From IMG/VR virus record IMGVR_UViG_3300008261_003175: 64,000 nucleotides of DNA; one strand, given 5' to 3'. The translations under genes were made by a program, and so were the position numbers. This DNA is from a virus. Of this stretch, positions 29,127 to 39,501 are shown piece by piece; the first letter of the stretch is position 1, and the number at the start of each line of letters is the position of its first letter. A model generated the notes under the pieces. The model ran no database searches, was not told the DNA's origin, and was given only the letters and a program-made list of their open reading frames with translations.

Positions 29127-29507
29127 ATGCAACAAGGTTACGATCAAACACTGACAAAACAATTAGCAAGAGAAATGGTTGGAGACGGACAGTCACCTAA
29201 CTTATGGTTCGTTACATACGGTCCGTATATCGCAGTACACGATGGCGACATGTCCTACGACTTTGAATTGATTGAAGGTTACGATGCTGAAAAAGATACT
29301 TACACTTTCGGTCCATTTGCATCTTATGAAGACGCATTAAAAGAATACGATGAAATAGAACTCAGCTTCGATTACGGCGTTGGACAAGCATTCATCGAAG
29401 ATAGAGAGTGCGGTACAGTTACAGAAAAGTGGTTATATAAGAAAGTGAAAGTAGTATACGAACAAGACGAATACGATAATTCAAAAAGATTCTACAAAAA
29501 TAAATAA
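29127..29507 (+). CDS. Hypothetical acidic protein
   Basis: Operon ORF. Confidence 0.65.
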   Translation: MQQGYDQTLTKQLAREMVGDGQSPNLWFVTYGPYIAVHDGDMSYDFELIEGYDAEKDTYTFGPFASYEDALKEYDEIELSFDYGVGQAFIEDRECGTVTEKWLYKKVKVVYEQDEYDNSKRFYKNK

Positions 29508-29528
29508 TCAAATAAAAAAACAAAAGTT

Positions 29529-29888
29529 ATGAAAGCATTATTGATCGACTCAAAAAATCAAATGGTTACTAAAATTGAAATCGGTGAAGACTACACAGAA
29601 ATTTCTAAAGCCATAGGTTGCGAAGTGTTCTCAGCACCTCACATCATGCAAAACAACGACACGCTGTACTGCGACGACGAAGGTTTGCTTAAAGATCCAC
29701 AGCATTTTTTCTTACTCGATAGTTATCCGCAACCAATCGCAGGAAATGGTTTAATTTTGGGATGCGATGACGAAGGAGAAAGCGCAGACGTTAGCATGAG
29801 CCTTATTGAATTGTCCAGTAGAGTCACATTCATGGATATTCACGAAGCATACAATTGGTCTTTAAAACAATCTTATCAATTTAATTAA
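29529..29888 (+). CDS. DUF3846-like phage protein
   Basis: KALLID..I..AIGC..LYCDDEGLLK..PIAGNGLILG.DDEGE. Confidence 0.75.
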   Translation: MKALLIDSKNQMVTKIEIGEDYTEISKAIGCEVFSAPHIMQNNDTLYCDDEGLLKDPQHFFLLDSYPQPIAGNGLILGCDDEGESADVSMSLIELSSRVTFMDIHEAYNWSLKQSYQFN

Positions 29889-29895
29889 TACACTT

Positions 29896-30120
29896 ATGCA
29901 CACAGAAACAATCACACGAGAAGAATTAGAATTTTGCTACTACAAAAGAGGCAATGCTGGAGGATTCAAAACAAAACTAATCGAAGCTATCTTCGCTGCT
30001 GACGACAATAATAGAAATAAGATAGCTCAAGGCTTTCCTGAATTGGTCGAAGTAGTCAATCGATATGGAAATGAGCGAGGATATTGGGAAGATCTTCAAG
30101 CGAGATTCGCAAACTGTTAA
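29896..30120 (+). CDS. Conserved small phage protein
   Basis: GGFKTKLIEAIFAAD..N..KI..GFPE. Confidence 0.7.
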   Translation: MHTETITREELEFCYYKRGNAGGFKTKLIEAIFAADDNNRNKIAQGFPELVEVVNRYGNERGYWEDLQARFANC

Positions 30121-30159
30121 ACAAATTATTCAAAAATTGTAAATTAAAAAATTAAAGTT

Positions 30160-30366
30160 ATGGCTAATTGTAAAGTATGTCAAGAAGAAATACACCCGCT
30201 TCGAGTAAAAATGGGATATAAAACAACATGTGTTAAACACTCAACCGCTGAGAGATATACAGGATTCGTTGTGACTGATGGCAAAACAGCAGACGCAATA
30301 CAAATCATTAAAGATCCAGAAATTGGTCGTCAATTAGTAGAAATGAGTAACGTTTACGGACACTAA
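30160..30366 (+). CDS. TraR/DksA-like zinc-finger small protein
   Basis: CKVCQEEIHPLR..TTCVKHS. Confidence 0.55.
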   Translation: MANCKVCQEEIHPLRVKMGYKTTCVKHSTAERYTGFVVTDGKTADAIQIIKDPEIGRQLVEMSNVYGH

Positions 30367-30390
30367 CTAATATTTATTAAAAACAAAACA

Positions 30391-30570
30391 ATGGCTAAAT
30401 ACAATTTTGAGAACTTATCTCCTGACGAACAGACTAAACTTAAAGAATACGTTGAGAGTATAAAAGAAATACAGAAAGAGATCAAGACTCTAGTAAAAAA
30501 AGCCAAATCACCGAAGATCAAAAAGGAAGGAGGAAACATGTCGAGTGGACTTACGCTGTCTTCCAAATAA
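30391..30570 (+). CDS. Small coiled-coil protein (59 aa, not in ORF track; putative late gene)
   Basis: ATATTTAT 30370-30377; MAKYNFENLS..KLKEYVESIKEIQKEI; terminator follows. Confidence 0.6.
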   Translation: MAKYNFENLSPDEQTKLKEYVESIKEIQKEIKTLVKKAKSPKIKKEGGNMSSGLTLSSK

Positions 30571-30591
30571 AAAGCTATACACTAATAAAAT

Positions 30592-30617
30592 AAAGCCCTC
30601 TTTTAGAGGGTTTTTTT
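30592..30617 (+). terminator. Intrinsic terminator
   Basis: AAAGCCCTC-TTTTA-GAGGGTTTTTTT. Confidence 0.8.
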
Positions 30618-30633
30618 ATAAATTTACTTTATC

Positions 30634-30972
30634 ATGAATCTAATATACGGAATTTTGTGGGGATTGGTTGCACAAATAGTCACATTTCTCCAACTACAAG
30701 GTCAGATAAAATATCAGATTCTTAAAAACAATACATGGTTTCTTGTATTGATGGGTTTACCGATATCGTATATGTTTATGCAGTCTGTAAAGAATTTTAT
30801 ATTAGCGTATAACGGCCAGATTTGGCCAAGTAGATTGATAGGATTCGGATTAGGGGTTATAGTATTCTCTGTTATGGCTTCGATATTGTTCAAAGAGCCA
30901 TTCACACTAAAAACAATTGTATGCATATTTTTAGGACTGTGCATAATTGCAATACAAATATTGTGGAAATAA
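30634..30972 (+). CDS. Four-TM membrane protein (SMR/EamA-like)
   Basis: Four hydrophobic segments; LFKEPFT motif. Confidence 0.6.
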   Translation: MNLIYGILWGLVAQIVTFLQLQGQIKYQILKNNTWFLVLMGLPISYMFMQSVKNFILAYNGQIWPSRLIGFGLGVIVFSVMASILFKEPFTLKTIVCIFLGLCIIAIQILWK

Positions 30973-30986
30973 TAAAACAAAAAGTT

Positions 30987-31625
30987 ATGAAAAAAGAAAC
31001 AAGCAAATTCTATTTAAAAGACAACAGATCATTCAAAGAGAAAACAACTAGCTTCTTACAAAGTCTTCTATTCTGGAAAGGAAGAAGCAAGGGAATCATA
31101 CACACTAGAGATATTACGCTAGACGATCTACGCGCAGTATTCTTTCCTAAGAATTTCTATGAGAAGTATAAGTATTTAGGCTCAGTACCTTGGAATGCAG
31201 AAGGCGACATATTTAAAGCGATGGAACCTTTAGTGATATTCATGGACTATAAAGCTAAACCTAAATATTGTCCAAGATGGGTATTACGTTTCCTACATCT
31301 ATTTGGTAGTGATAATTCAATCGTTAGGGTTAGAAATAGAACGCTACATAATCTAGAGAGACGTTTAACTAAAGGCATCCAGCTCACTGACTATAAAACC
31401 AAGTGGGACGATTACGACTTAAGAATATCAGTCTATGGTACAGATCAGATGCAAGATCTCTCAGATGCTATTGAGTATAAGTTCTTTAATAAAGGACGTA
31501 GAGAATCTCTAGCCGAACAGATTAAAGAGTTAGATCCATTCACAAAATACGATAGTGGATATGATACAGATTCATTAAAACAAGAATTGGATAGATTAGA
31601 AAATGTAAATAAACAAAATATATAA
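30987..31625 (+). CDS. Hypothetical protein
   Basis: AAAAGTTATG start at 30987. Confidence 0.65.
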   Translation: MKKETSKFYLKDNRSFKEKTTSFLQSLLFWKGRSKGIIHTRDITLDDLRAVFFPKNFYEKYKYLGSVPWNAEGDIFKAMEPLVIFMDYKAKPKYCPRWVLRFLHLFGSDNSIVRVRNRTLHNLERRLTKGIQLTDYKTKWDDYDLRISVYGTDQMQDLSDAIEYKFFNKGRRESLAEQIKELDPFTKYDSGYDTDSLKQELDRLENVNKQNI

Positions 31626-31629
31626 AATA

Positions 31630-32004
31630 ATGAAGCATAAAATTAAAAATATAATCGCTGGAATAAAGAATCTATGGAAGTGGCGTAAGACTATTTATAA
31701 AGACAGAGATTGGGACCAGTGGTTCATATATGAAATACTAAAGACTAAGTTAAAGTTTCAAGCAGAATACATGGCAAAACACGGCATAACACTAACAGCT
31801 CATGAGAAAGCAAAAGAGATGCTTGAGTGTGTCGATATGATTGATAAAGTTCAAAACGAGTATTACATTGATTTAGCAATCGCAGGGTTGGTAGATAAAA
31901 ATTGGACTGATGAACAGTTTAACGATGCGGCAAAAAAGCAAGACGAAATACGAGAAGAACTATTTAATAAAGTAAAAGAAAATATTTCACAATGGTGGGA
32001 TTAA
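31630..32004 (+). CDS. Conserved phage protein
   Basis: NLWKW..IYKDRDWD..WWD. Confidence 0.7.
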   Translation: MKHKIKNIIAGIKNLWKWRKTIYKDRDWDQWFIYEILKTKLKFQAEYMAKHGITLTAHEKAKEMLECVDMIDKVQNEYYIDLAIAGLVDKNWTDEQFNDAAKKQDEIREELFNKVKENISQWWD

Positions 32005-32094
32005 TGGATATATTAACTCCAATTATATCAATAGTAGTTGGCGTATTGGTGCTTTTTATATTTGATAAATTGAGTGAAAATAAAAAATAGAGTT

Positions 32095-32847
32095 ATGAAG
32101 ACGATAGTAATAGGCGATATACACGGTAGATCAGTATGGAAACTGATATACGAATTGGAGAAGCCTGATAAAATTGTATTCATAGGAGACTACTTCGATT
32201 CGTTCGATATAAAAGGAGCAGATCAGCTAAACAACTTCCAAGACATCGTCAAATTCAAAGAGAGCGGAGTGTGTGAAGTGGTTATGTTGATAGGCAACCA
32301 CGATCACCACTATTTTCCAGAAATTGGAGATACTGGCACAAGTGGATACCAACACTTGTTGGCTCCATCTATAAGTTATGTGCTTGGAGAAAATAGAAAG
32401 CATCTGCAAATTGCACATAGAATAGACGATATATTGTTCACGCATGCTGGAGTCAGCAGCGTTTACATGGATCAGGTATTTGGTAAAGACGGATGGAAAA
32501 CTGAAACTATAGTAGAACAATTAAACGAACTATTCAAATACAAACCTAGGTCATTTGAGTTCGGAGAATTTGCGCTAATAAACAAGATGTCGTATCTCGA
32601 TCCTTACGGAGACAGCGAAGATCAGTCGCCTATATGGATCAGACCTCGAGCCTTAAAGAGAGCGAACAGAGACACACTACGTAAAGAGGTTATTCAAGTA
32701 GTAGGCCATACAGAACAACCTCAGATAGATAAAAAAGGCGGAGCAACAGGAGGCAGATACTATTTTATAGATACGCTTGGAACTAGCGGAGAATATATGA
32801 TTATAGAAGAGGAACTGAAAGAAATAAAATTTGCAACAATAAAATAA
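32095..32847 (+). CDS. Calcineurin-like metallophosphoesterase
   Basis: GDIHG, GDYFD, GNHD, THAG, GHT. Confidence 0.92.
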   Translation: MKTIVIGDIHGRSVWKLIYELEKPDKIVFIGDYFDSFDIKGADQLNNFQDIVKFKESGVCEVVMLIGNHDHHYFPEIGDTGTSGYQHLLAPSISYVLGENRKHLQIAHRIDDILFTHAGVSSVYMDQVFGKDGWKTETIVEQLNELFKYKPRSFEFGEFALINKMSYLDPYGDSEDQSPIWIRPRALKRANRDTLRKEVIQVVGHTEQPQIDKKGGATGGRYYFIDTLGTSGEYMIIEEELKEIKFATIK

Positions 32848-32995
32848 TAAATTTAAAATTATGTGGAAAGTATACTTATTAGAGTTCACTATTGTGTTAG
32901 TTGTGTCCATTCTTTGGGCAAGAGGTATAGATAAAATGCATAACGAGCATCCCGATTATAAAGGAGAAGATTTTTTAAACTAAAAACAATAAACA

Positions 32996-33256
32996 ATGAG
33001 AAAATACATTAATGTCATTCTGAAACTGTGTTGCGTATTCATGTTATTTTATATAATGTACAATCAGAAAACAAAAATAAAAACTTTAGAATCTGTCAAT
33101 AAAGAATTAACTCTTAAATACGATTCCATAAAGTCAGAGCAATTCGTATTGCGTATAAATCAACAAAGATTCGAACTCATAATAGATAGAGCGGAAGCAG
33201 AGATGAGTCCAGATTGTAAAGAAGAATTTGAAAAACTACTACATGAAACAGAATAA
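32996..33256 (+). CDS. N-terminal TM plus coiled-coil protein
   Basis: Hydrophobic N-terminus. Confidence 0.55.
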   Translation: MRKYINVILKLCCVFMLFYIMYNQKTKIKTLESVNKELTLKYDSIKSEQFVLRINQQRFELIIDRAEAEMSPDCKEEFEKLLHETE

Positions 33257-33394
33257 AAAGAAACAAGACAAACAAATAATTCACGTTGTAAAAAGAGAAG
33301 CAGGAAAACCTCACAAATACCACAGATCAAGATTGAAACTAAATAAAGATGGATCTATAACTATTTTTGAATAGTCTAAATATTTATTTATACC

Positions 33395-34420
33395 ATGATT
33401 AAATTAACAGAGATAGTAAAAGAAATATCTTTTGGCACAGGTCAAGCATCTTCTAATAACGCAGAAGACATATCATCAGATGCAATGTACATGAACGGCA
33501 TAGATCACGAATTAGGAAGGTATCGTGATGATAATGACGACTATGATGAATTAAAAATTCCAGTAACAGATCCAACATTTCAAAAATTAATAAAGAAAAA
33601 GTTTGAAGTAATTGGAGAATCTAATGGTGGTTTTAGATTATTAAAAACAAAAGAAACCAGGTATTCTGATGATATTATATACTATATAACTAATCCAAAT
33701 GCTAAAGTAACTGGAGAATATTTTATTGGTATAATAAAAACAGAATTGAATACTGGTGATTTTTATAATTTAAAAAAGGGATTTGGAGTAGAAGTAGAAA
33801 CCATACATTGGTCTAATATAGCTCTTGAAATGAGAGGAACTGGCGTAGGCAAATTGTTGTATACTATGGTTTATGAACATGTTAAAAGTAAGGGACGAGC
33901 TTTAGGCAGCGATAGTATGTTATTCGAAGGATCTGCAGGAATGTGGATGAATTATATGCCTTCGATCGCTTCCTATTTTGGCATCATCATAAACGACATA
34001 ATGATACCGATGAATAGAGAAGACATGACTAAAAAAAATAAACCTGTTTTCGATATGTACGGGGTGGACGGATTTGTTGCTATGGAAACTCCTCCACCAA
34101 TGGTGAGAAAGATCATGTATAATGTTAAAGGTTTATCATTTATAGCAGGAGAATACGGAATTGTCAAAATGCACGGAAGAGTAAATGATAAATTAGATGC
34201 GACTAATCAAAGATCATCTAATTCTGATGAATCTAGATTCATAGACTATATAAATAATTTTGATACAATAAAAGCTCTATTAAATTCTCCTCTTAAATAT
34301 ACCATAAGAGATATAATTGGTACTAAAAAGACAAAATATAGAACTTTAATTTTTGCATTTGAAGATGCTGTATTAATAGTAAAAGAATTACCTAACGGAT
34401 TATCAGTAACACCACTATAA
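33395..34420 (+). CDS. CTS-like-tagged protein with GNAT-like acetyltransferase domain
   Basis: MIKLTEIVKE tag; EMRGTGVGKLLY..LGSD..SAGMW (GNAT motif A); ATATTTAT 33380. Confidence 0.65.
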   Translation: MIKLTEIVKEISFGTGQASSNNAEDISSDAMYMNGIDHELGRYRDDNDDYDELKIPVTDPTFQKLIKKKFEVIGESNGGFRLLKTKETRYSDDIIYYITNPNAKVTGEYFIGIIKTELNTGDFYNLKKGFGVEVETIHWSNIALEMRGTGVGKLLYTMVYEHVKSKGRALGSDSMLFEGSAGMWMNYMPSIASYFGIIINDIMIPMNREDMTKKNKPVFDMYGVDGFVAMETPPPMVRKIMYNVKGLSFIAGEYGIVKMHGRVNDKLDATNQRSSNSDESRFIDYINNFDTIKALLNSPLKYTIRDIIGTKKTKYRTLIFAFEDAVLIVKELPNGLSVTPL

Positions 34421-35214
34421 TGATAGCAACAGAAGAAACTAGCAATTATAAAGTCAGAGGTTTCTTTAAACCAGAATCCAGTTTCCATACTATAAAAGAG
34501 TGGCAAATAATATCTAGAGAGTTTATAGATTTGCAATCTCAGGGATTTGATACACGAGGCGGAATATTGTCTGATAATCCGAGGTTGGTATCTCTAATTA
34601 ATACTTATTTTGGTTACCAATACTACGTAGAACCTCTGCAGTTTCCAAAGTTGTCTCAAAAAATGGTACTGGATTTTATAGAAGACTTTGTTAACTATCG
34701 AGTATGGGAAATGTATCATCATTTTTCCGAGTATGCTTTCGATGTAAACAGAGCGAGATTCGCTTATTTCTATTCTAGAGGAAATATAGAACCGTATGTA
34801 TTGCTCGATGAGAGATTCACTAAATCTGTGTACGGAAGCACTGATATAGAAACAATATCATATCACTGGACATCTGCAGAAGGATTAGAGAATATAGTCC
34901 AATCTATGCAGAACGGAACGCCTATTCCACTATCAACGTTCACTGTGCAATCTAAAGAGTTCTTTAGACCTGAAAGTAATTACTTGATAAAAATAAAGGG
35001 CAAATTGATAGCTGCGTTTGAATCAGATACCAAATCCTTTTCTACGGATATGGGCCGCAAAGCAGCTAACATGTTTAGATTCACTTTACCTGGTCACACA
35101 TCTAATTTATGTAAGAATTGGAAAACTTGCAATAAAAATAAAACCTATTTGTGGAACGAGATAATAGTATATCCAACTGCAATTATGAATTATAAAAAAA
35201 TACAAAAAATATAA
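34420..35214 (+). CDS. Protein with possible ART-fold C-terminal domain
   Basis: SYHWTSAEGLENI..LSTFT..WNEIIV. Confidence 0.45.
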   Translation: MIATEETSNYKVRGFFKPESSFHTIKEWQIISREFIDLQSQGFDTRGGILSDNPRLVSLINTYFGYQYYVEPLQFPKLSQKMVLDFIEDFVNYRVWEMYHHFSEYAFDVNRARFAYFYSRGNIEPYVLLDERFTKSVYGSTDIETISYHWTSAEGLENIVQSMQNGTPIPLSTFTVQSKEFFRPESNYLIKIKGKLIAAFESDTKSFSTDMGRKAANMFRFTLPGHTSNLCKNWKTCNKNKTYLWNEIIVYPTAIMNYKKIQKI

Positions 35215-35543
35215 TGATAAAACTAAAAGACATACTGAACGAAGAAATAGTGAGTGATCCTAAATTGGAAGAATTCGCTGAGATCAGACATGATGGAGCA
35301 GAAAAGATAGCCACTTCTGCAAAAGAGAAAGGCGGATTTTCTATGCTTACCTACAATCACTTCATAGTTAAGCTACCCTATTATAATAAAGCTAATCAGG
35401 GTAAATTTGACATAGAAGAAGGCAAGAAAGAGTTCGAAAAAACACTAAAAAGCATATCACTCAATATGACTCAAACAGAGTTTCAAAGAGAGGTAGGTAG
35501 GTTAGAGGTGATAGGCGAACTCATTATCAAAGCCAAGAAGTAA
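35214..35543 (+). CDS. CTS-like-tagged small protein
   Basis: MIKLKDILNE. Confidence 0.65.
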   Translation: MIKLKDILNEEIVSDPKLEEFAEIRHDGAEKIATSAKEKGGFSMLTYNHFIVKLPYYNKANQGKFDIEEGKKEFEKTLKSISLNMTQTEFQREVGRLEVIGELIIKAKK

Positions 35544-35549
35544 GCCGTA

Positions 35550-36182
35550 ATGCTGAACGAAAATATACCACACTTTAAGTGTCTTATAAAGGAGTCTTAT
35601 TTTACTAAGAATCCAAAAGACTCTACTAAGTACCATAATGCTTACGCATTTGGAATACAATCTGTAATGGGAAAGATACTCACATTTCATATCATGACAG
35701 ATTATGGAATGCTAAGATCTAGAGTGCCAATATCAGAAATCTATTTAAAAGAACCTACAAAAGATCTTCCATACTATTTCAAACAGCTTTGGGATTGTTT
35801 TGATAACGATGTAACTGTACAGACGTACGGCTTTTTAAAAGAAAAGAAATGTAAGGTTATGCTAAGAGACAAGTCTTTTGCATGGGCAACTTACATGTTT
35901 ACTGTAGATTGGCAGAACAATCCATACTCAGACGAGCCGACTGATTATAAATGCGGACACATACTAGTTGCTGATGATGGATATTTGTTATGTATGCCAA
36001 ACAACAGAATATTTTGGAAAGATAGCAATTGGATAACCAAAGAGTTTCCAGTCAATCCTAAAGACATAAAGGTAGACACCGAACTTTTAGCAGTCGAATC
36101 TGTAGCCGATAGATGGGTGTCTGAAGATACGGATTCATTTTATTACGATATTAAAAATATATCAAGTGATAAAAATACTTGA
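35550..36182 (+). CDS. Conserved phage protein of unknown function
   Basis: LNENIP..QLWDCF..YMFTVDW..KCGH..PNNRIFW.D. Confidence 0.75.
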   Translation: MLNENIPHFKCLIKESYFTKNPKDSTKYHNAYAFGIQSVMGKILTFHIMTDYGMLRSRVPISEIYLKEPTKDLPYYFKQLWDCFDNDVTVQTYGFLKEKKCKVMLRDKSFAWATYMFTVDWQNNPYSDEPTDYKCGHILVADDGYLLCMPNNRIFWKDSNWITKEFPVNPKDIKVDTELLAVESVADRWVSEDTDSFYYDIKNISSDKNT

Positions 36183-36277
36183 CATACTAACTAAAACATA
36201 TTAATATATTAGAACCGAAATTTTAGATTTCCTCAGATAGAAACTAATCAATACATTTATATCAAATCAATACAGTT

Positions 36278-36448
36278 ATGATAGATCAAAAGACATACAT
36301 TATCAAGAGGCCAAAAAAAGATCCTCGCTACGATAAGACAATACGCCAAAGCGAAATAGAAAAAGCTTTATGGACACTAGGAGCAAATTACTATAGGCTC
36401 ACAAAAGAAGACGAAGAAATCATTTTAAAACTAGCAAACAAATATTAA
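36278..36448 (+). CDS. Small hypothetical protein (56 aa, not in ORF track)
   Basis: AGTTATG start after TACATTTA box. Confidence 0.55.
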   Translation: MIDQKTYIIKRPKKDPRYDKTIRQSEIEKALWTLGANYYRLTKEDEEIILKLANKY

Positions 36449-36451
36449 CAC

Positions 36452-36697
36452 ATGAACAAAGTTATGTATTTTAGCACAGCTACTTGTGCTCCGTGCAAAG
36501 CGCTTAAACCTATAGTGCAAGAAGTAGCGTCAGAACTCGGCGTCCAGATAGAATATATCGATGCTTCTCAATCACCATTAACGCAAACGTTTAGCGTAAC
36601 AGCAGTTCCAACATTGATAGTATTTAAAAACGGAATGCCAGCTACACGACATACTGGCATGGCGACCAAACAACAAATCAAATCATTATTCATTTAA
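36452..36697 (+). CDS. Thioredoxin-like protein
   Basis: FSTATCAPCK, AVPT cis-Pro. Confidence 0.9.
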   Translation: MNKVMYFSTATCAPCKALKPIVQEVASELGVQIEYIDASQSPLTQTFSVTAVPTLIVFKNGMPATRHTGMATKQQIKSLFI

Positions 36698-36708
36698 AAA
36701 ATTAAGTT

Positions 36709-36918
36709 ATGAAGTGCATACAAGCAATCAGAGAAACTAAATACGCAAAAGTAGGAGACATCAAAAGAGTGTCTGATGCAGAAGCAAACGAAAAGGTAGA
36801 TACAAAATACTGGAAGTTTGTACCAAAATCAGAATGGAAAGGCACAAGAAAGATCAGCACAGATCAGATGCTAAAAGAACATGCAGTTAGCGAAGAGACT
36901 AAAAGCAAAAAGAAATAG
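36709..36918 (+). CDS. Hypothetical protein
   Basis: AAGTTATG start. Confidence 0.65.
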   Translation: MKCIQAIRETKYAKVGDIKRVSDAEANEKVDTKYWKFVPKSEWKGTRKISTDQMLKEHAVSEETKSKKK

Positions 36919-36920
36919 TT

Positions 36921-37079
36921 ATGTTGATAGTAGATCTAACAGAAAGAATAGAGAAAGCCTTTGAAGAAAGGCCTAAAGGCACAAAACGCAAAGAACTTTC
37001 AGAGTGGAAACAATCTATAAACAAACTCATAGAGCAAGTAAACAAGTTATCGAAAATTAAAATGTACAAGGAGCAATGA
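36921..37079 (+). CDS. Small hypothetical protein (52 aa, not in ORF track)
   Basis: AGTTATG start; stop overlaps next ATG. Confidence 0.55.
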   Translation: MLIVDLTERIEKAFEERPKGTKRKELSEWKQSINKLIEQVNKLSKIKMYKEQ

Positions 37080-37444
37080 CACATTCAAGCTATTTAGAAT
37101 ATTTCTTAGAACTTAAAAATACATTTCAAAGTGGGTACGAAGGCATACAACCTGAAAAAGAAATAGATAAGGATTTTGAAAAGGCATTCCTTTCATTGCT
37201 AATGGAAGCCACCAAGATCGCATGGTCAGATTATGAGCAATTCAATAGAGAAACATACGTACTTTGTGAAAGTGAATTAGAAAAAGTCTGGGAAGACGCC
37301 ACTTTTGAATCTACTAATAAGATGTTAGAAAAACTATCTAATCTTGGTTACATAGTTACAGGAGTGAACGAGAACGGAGATATAGTTTATTCTATCTCAG
37401 AAGAGGGCAGAGAATACATTCAAAACACAATTAAAACTACATAA
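37076..37444 (+). CDS. Hypothetical protein with C-terminal winged helix
   Basis: LEKLSNLGYI..YSISEEGREY. Confidence 0.6.
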   Translation: MTHSSYLEYFLELKNTFQSGYEGIQPEKEIDKDFEKAFLSLLMEATKIAWSDYEQFNRETYVLCESELEKVWEDATFESTNKMLEKLSNLGYIVTGVNENGDIVYSISEEGREYIQNTIKTT

Positions 37445-37447
37445 CAA

Positions 37448-37702
37448 ATGGCAGATTTCTCAAAACAATGGTGTGAACTCAATGATCCTGACATGCCTCA
37501 CGATTTCGACATAGATATAGTCGCAAGCACAATAGATCCTACTTGGTATAAATCGTATATATGCGAAGGATTCGGATTCACCGCAATTGGAAAAGATGAA
37601 AATCGTAACGTTACTCTTTATTTCCCTAACGAGGATTTAGAAAGCGGTAAATGGGTAGATTATGAAACATTTATAAGTCAACAAAAATCTAGAGAACTAT
37701 GA
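37448..37702 (+). CDS. Hypothetical protein
   Basis: Operon ORF. Confidence 0.65.
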   Translation: MADFSKQWCELNDPDMPHDFDIDIVASTIDPTWYKSYICEGFGFTAIGKDENRNVTLYFPNEDLESGKWVDYETFISQQKSREL

Positions 37703-37884
37703 CATCACAAGAAAGATTGCAACAAGAAATAGAAAATCTAGAACAGAAGATGAAACTTGCAGAGACTGCTCAAGATATGTGGTACATTATAGATCGAGTA
37801 GCAAGAGCACTACATAACGACCAAGATCTTGGAAAATATATTAGAAAGGTTGCAAAAGAAGAACTTAATAAAACATTAAAATGA
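37699..37884 (+). CDS. Hypothetical protein
   Basis: NDQDLGKYIR motif; overlap-coupled. Confidence 0.6.
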   Translation: MTSQERLQQEIENLEQKMKLAETAQDMWYIIDRVARALHNDQDLGKYIRKVAKEELNKTLK

Positions 37885-38150
37885 GAAGAGATAATACAAT
37901 AATAGTCGAAACACTTATAAATAAAATGTTTGAAATATCAGGGAATAGTATTACATTTAAAGATATTAAAGGCAGAAAAGACGATTGGTATGCTGAATAC
38001 ACAATGACTGAAGATGAGTGCGAAGAGTGGATGAAATGGGGTACAGAGTATTTAAGAAAAACACTCAAGATGACAAAGAAAATGGCGTTAACAGAAATGT
38101 CTATGTTTAATCTCTCTTACGGCTTAAAGATAGGCGAACCACAAAACTAA
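37881..38150 (+). CDS. Hypothetical protein
   Basis: Overlap-coupled ORF. Confidence 0.65.
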   Translation: MRRDNTIIVETLINKMFEISGNSITFKDIKGRKDDWYAEYTMTEDECEEWMKWGTEYLRKTLKMTKKMALTEMSMFNLSYGLKIGEPQN

Positions 38151-38154
38151 TATA

Positions 38155-38475
38155 ATGTCCAGAAGAAAAGCTCAATACAGAAAGATAGTAAAAGAATGGA
38201 AAGCCGCAACACGACAAGAAGTATGGCAAGGAGTCAGAGACAATTTCATATTTGGATTCTTAGGAGCCATGCTTGTCGTATTCATAGCAATGAGAACTGA
38301 TATCGCAGTAATTGCAGGTTACATAGCTTATTACTTTTTTATGGGTAAAATAGTCAATAGACCTAAGTATGTTACTGATCTAGGCAAATTGATAGTGTTT
38401 CCTATACCTTCGGCGTTAGGTGCATTTGCAGGTTACAAATTAAGTTATATATTACTAATGTTAATAAATCAATAA
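38155..38475 (+). CDS. Membrane protein (about 3 TM)
   Basis: Hydrophobic segments. Confidence 0.65.
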   Translation: MSRRKAQYRKIVKEWKAATRQEVWQGVRDNFIFGFLGAMLVVFIAMRTDIAVIAGYIAYYFFMGKIVNRPKYVTDLGKLIVFPIPSALGAFAGYKLSYILLMLINQ

Positions 38476-38480
38476 AAGTT

Positions 38481-39374
38481 ATGGGAAAAATAGGTTACGC
38501 ATGCATAAACATGACTCTTGGTAAGTCAGCGACTACTAATAGAGGCATGACACTAAAAACATTCAAAGCAAAAGGATTACCTTATGTATCTGAGCTCGCT
38601 CTTAAAAATGCACAAGATCTCATCAAGATTCTTAAGTGGAACGAAGAGCATAATATCAAAATGTTTAGAATGTCCTCAGGATTGATACCATGGGGCAACG
38701 CTATAAACATAGATGAACTTCCTGATATTAAAGAGATAACTGCTGCGCTTAAAGAAGCAGGAGATTACGCTCAAGAACACGGTCATAGATTAAGTTTCCA
38801 TCCAGGTCCATTTACAGTTATCGCATCTCCAAATCATACAGTAGTAGAAAATTCTATACGAGATTTAGAAATGCATGCAAAGATAATGGATTTGATAGGT
38901 CTTAGCAAGACGCCATACAACAAGATCAATATACACGTTAACACGACCGCTGGAGGCAAGAAAGCGTCTATGATAAGATTCTGTGATGCATACTGGTTTC
39001 TATCAGAGTCTGTTAGAAGCAGATTGGTTGTAGAGAACGACGATAAGTCTAAGCAATATACAGTAGAAGATCTAATGTTTGTACACAAGCTTATAGGCAT
39101 TCCAATTACGTTCGATTACTTCCACCATTCTTTGAATCCTGGTAATCAAACAGAAGAGGAAGCACTCAAGTTGGCTGCAACAACTTGGCCTGATGGTATC
39201 ACTCAAGCAGTACACTATAGCGAGAGCAAAAGATTACACGAAAACAACGTAAAAGAAAATGCTAGAGCTCATAGCGATTATATTTCTAAATTGCCAGATA
39301 ATTATAATCTGGAAATAGACATTATGACTGAGTGTAAGATGAAAGATCTTGCAATACTGCCATTAATAAAATAG
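38481..39374 (+). CDS. uvsE: UV DNA damage endonuclease
   Basis: IGYACIN, MFRMSS, LSFHPGPF, INIHV, LVVENDD, FDYFHH, HYSES, AHSDY, ECKMKD. Confidence 0.95.
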   Translation: MGKIGYACINMTLGKSATTNRGMTLKTFKAKGLPYVSELALKNAQDLIKILKWNEEHNIKMFRMSSGLIPWGNAINIDELPDIKEITAALKEAGDYAQEHGHRLSFHPGPFTVIASPNHTVVENSIRDLEMHAKIMDLIGLSKTPYNKINIHVNTTAGGKKASMIRFCDAYWFLSESVRSRLVVENDDKSKQYTVEDLMFVHKLIGIPITFDYFHHSLNPGNQTEEEALKLAATTWPDGITQAVHYSESKRLHENNVKENARAHSDYISKLPDNYNLEIDIMTECKMKDLAILPLIK

Positions 39375-39501
39375 TATTTAATGAAAAATAAAGTCAAGCA
39401 CAAGACGTGCGCAAAAATCTGGTTAGCTGTAGCTATATTTTCAGCATCGATTGCAGCGTCTTTGTTGATAGCATCACTCATCCACAATCTAATGTTATAA
39501 C

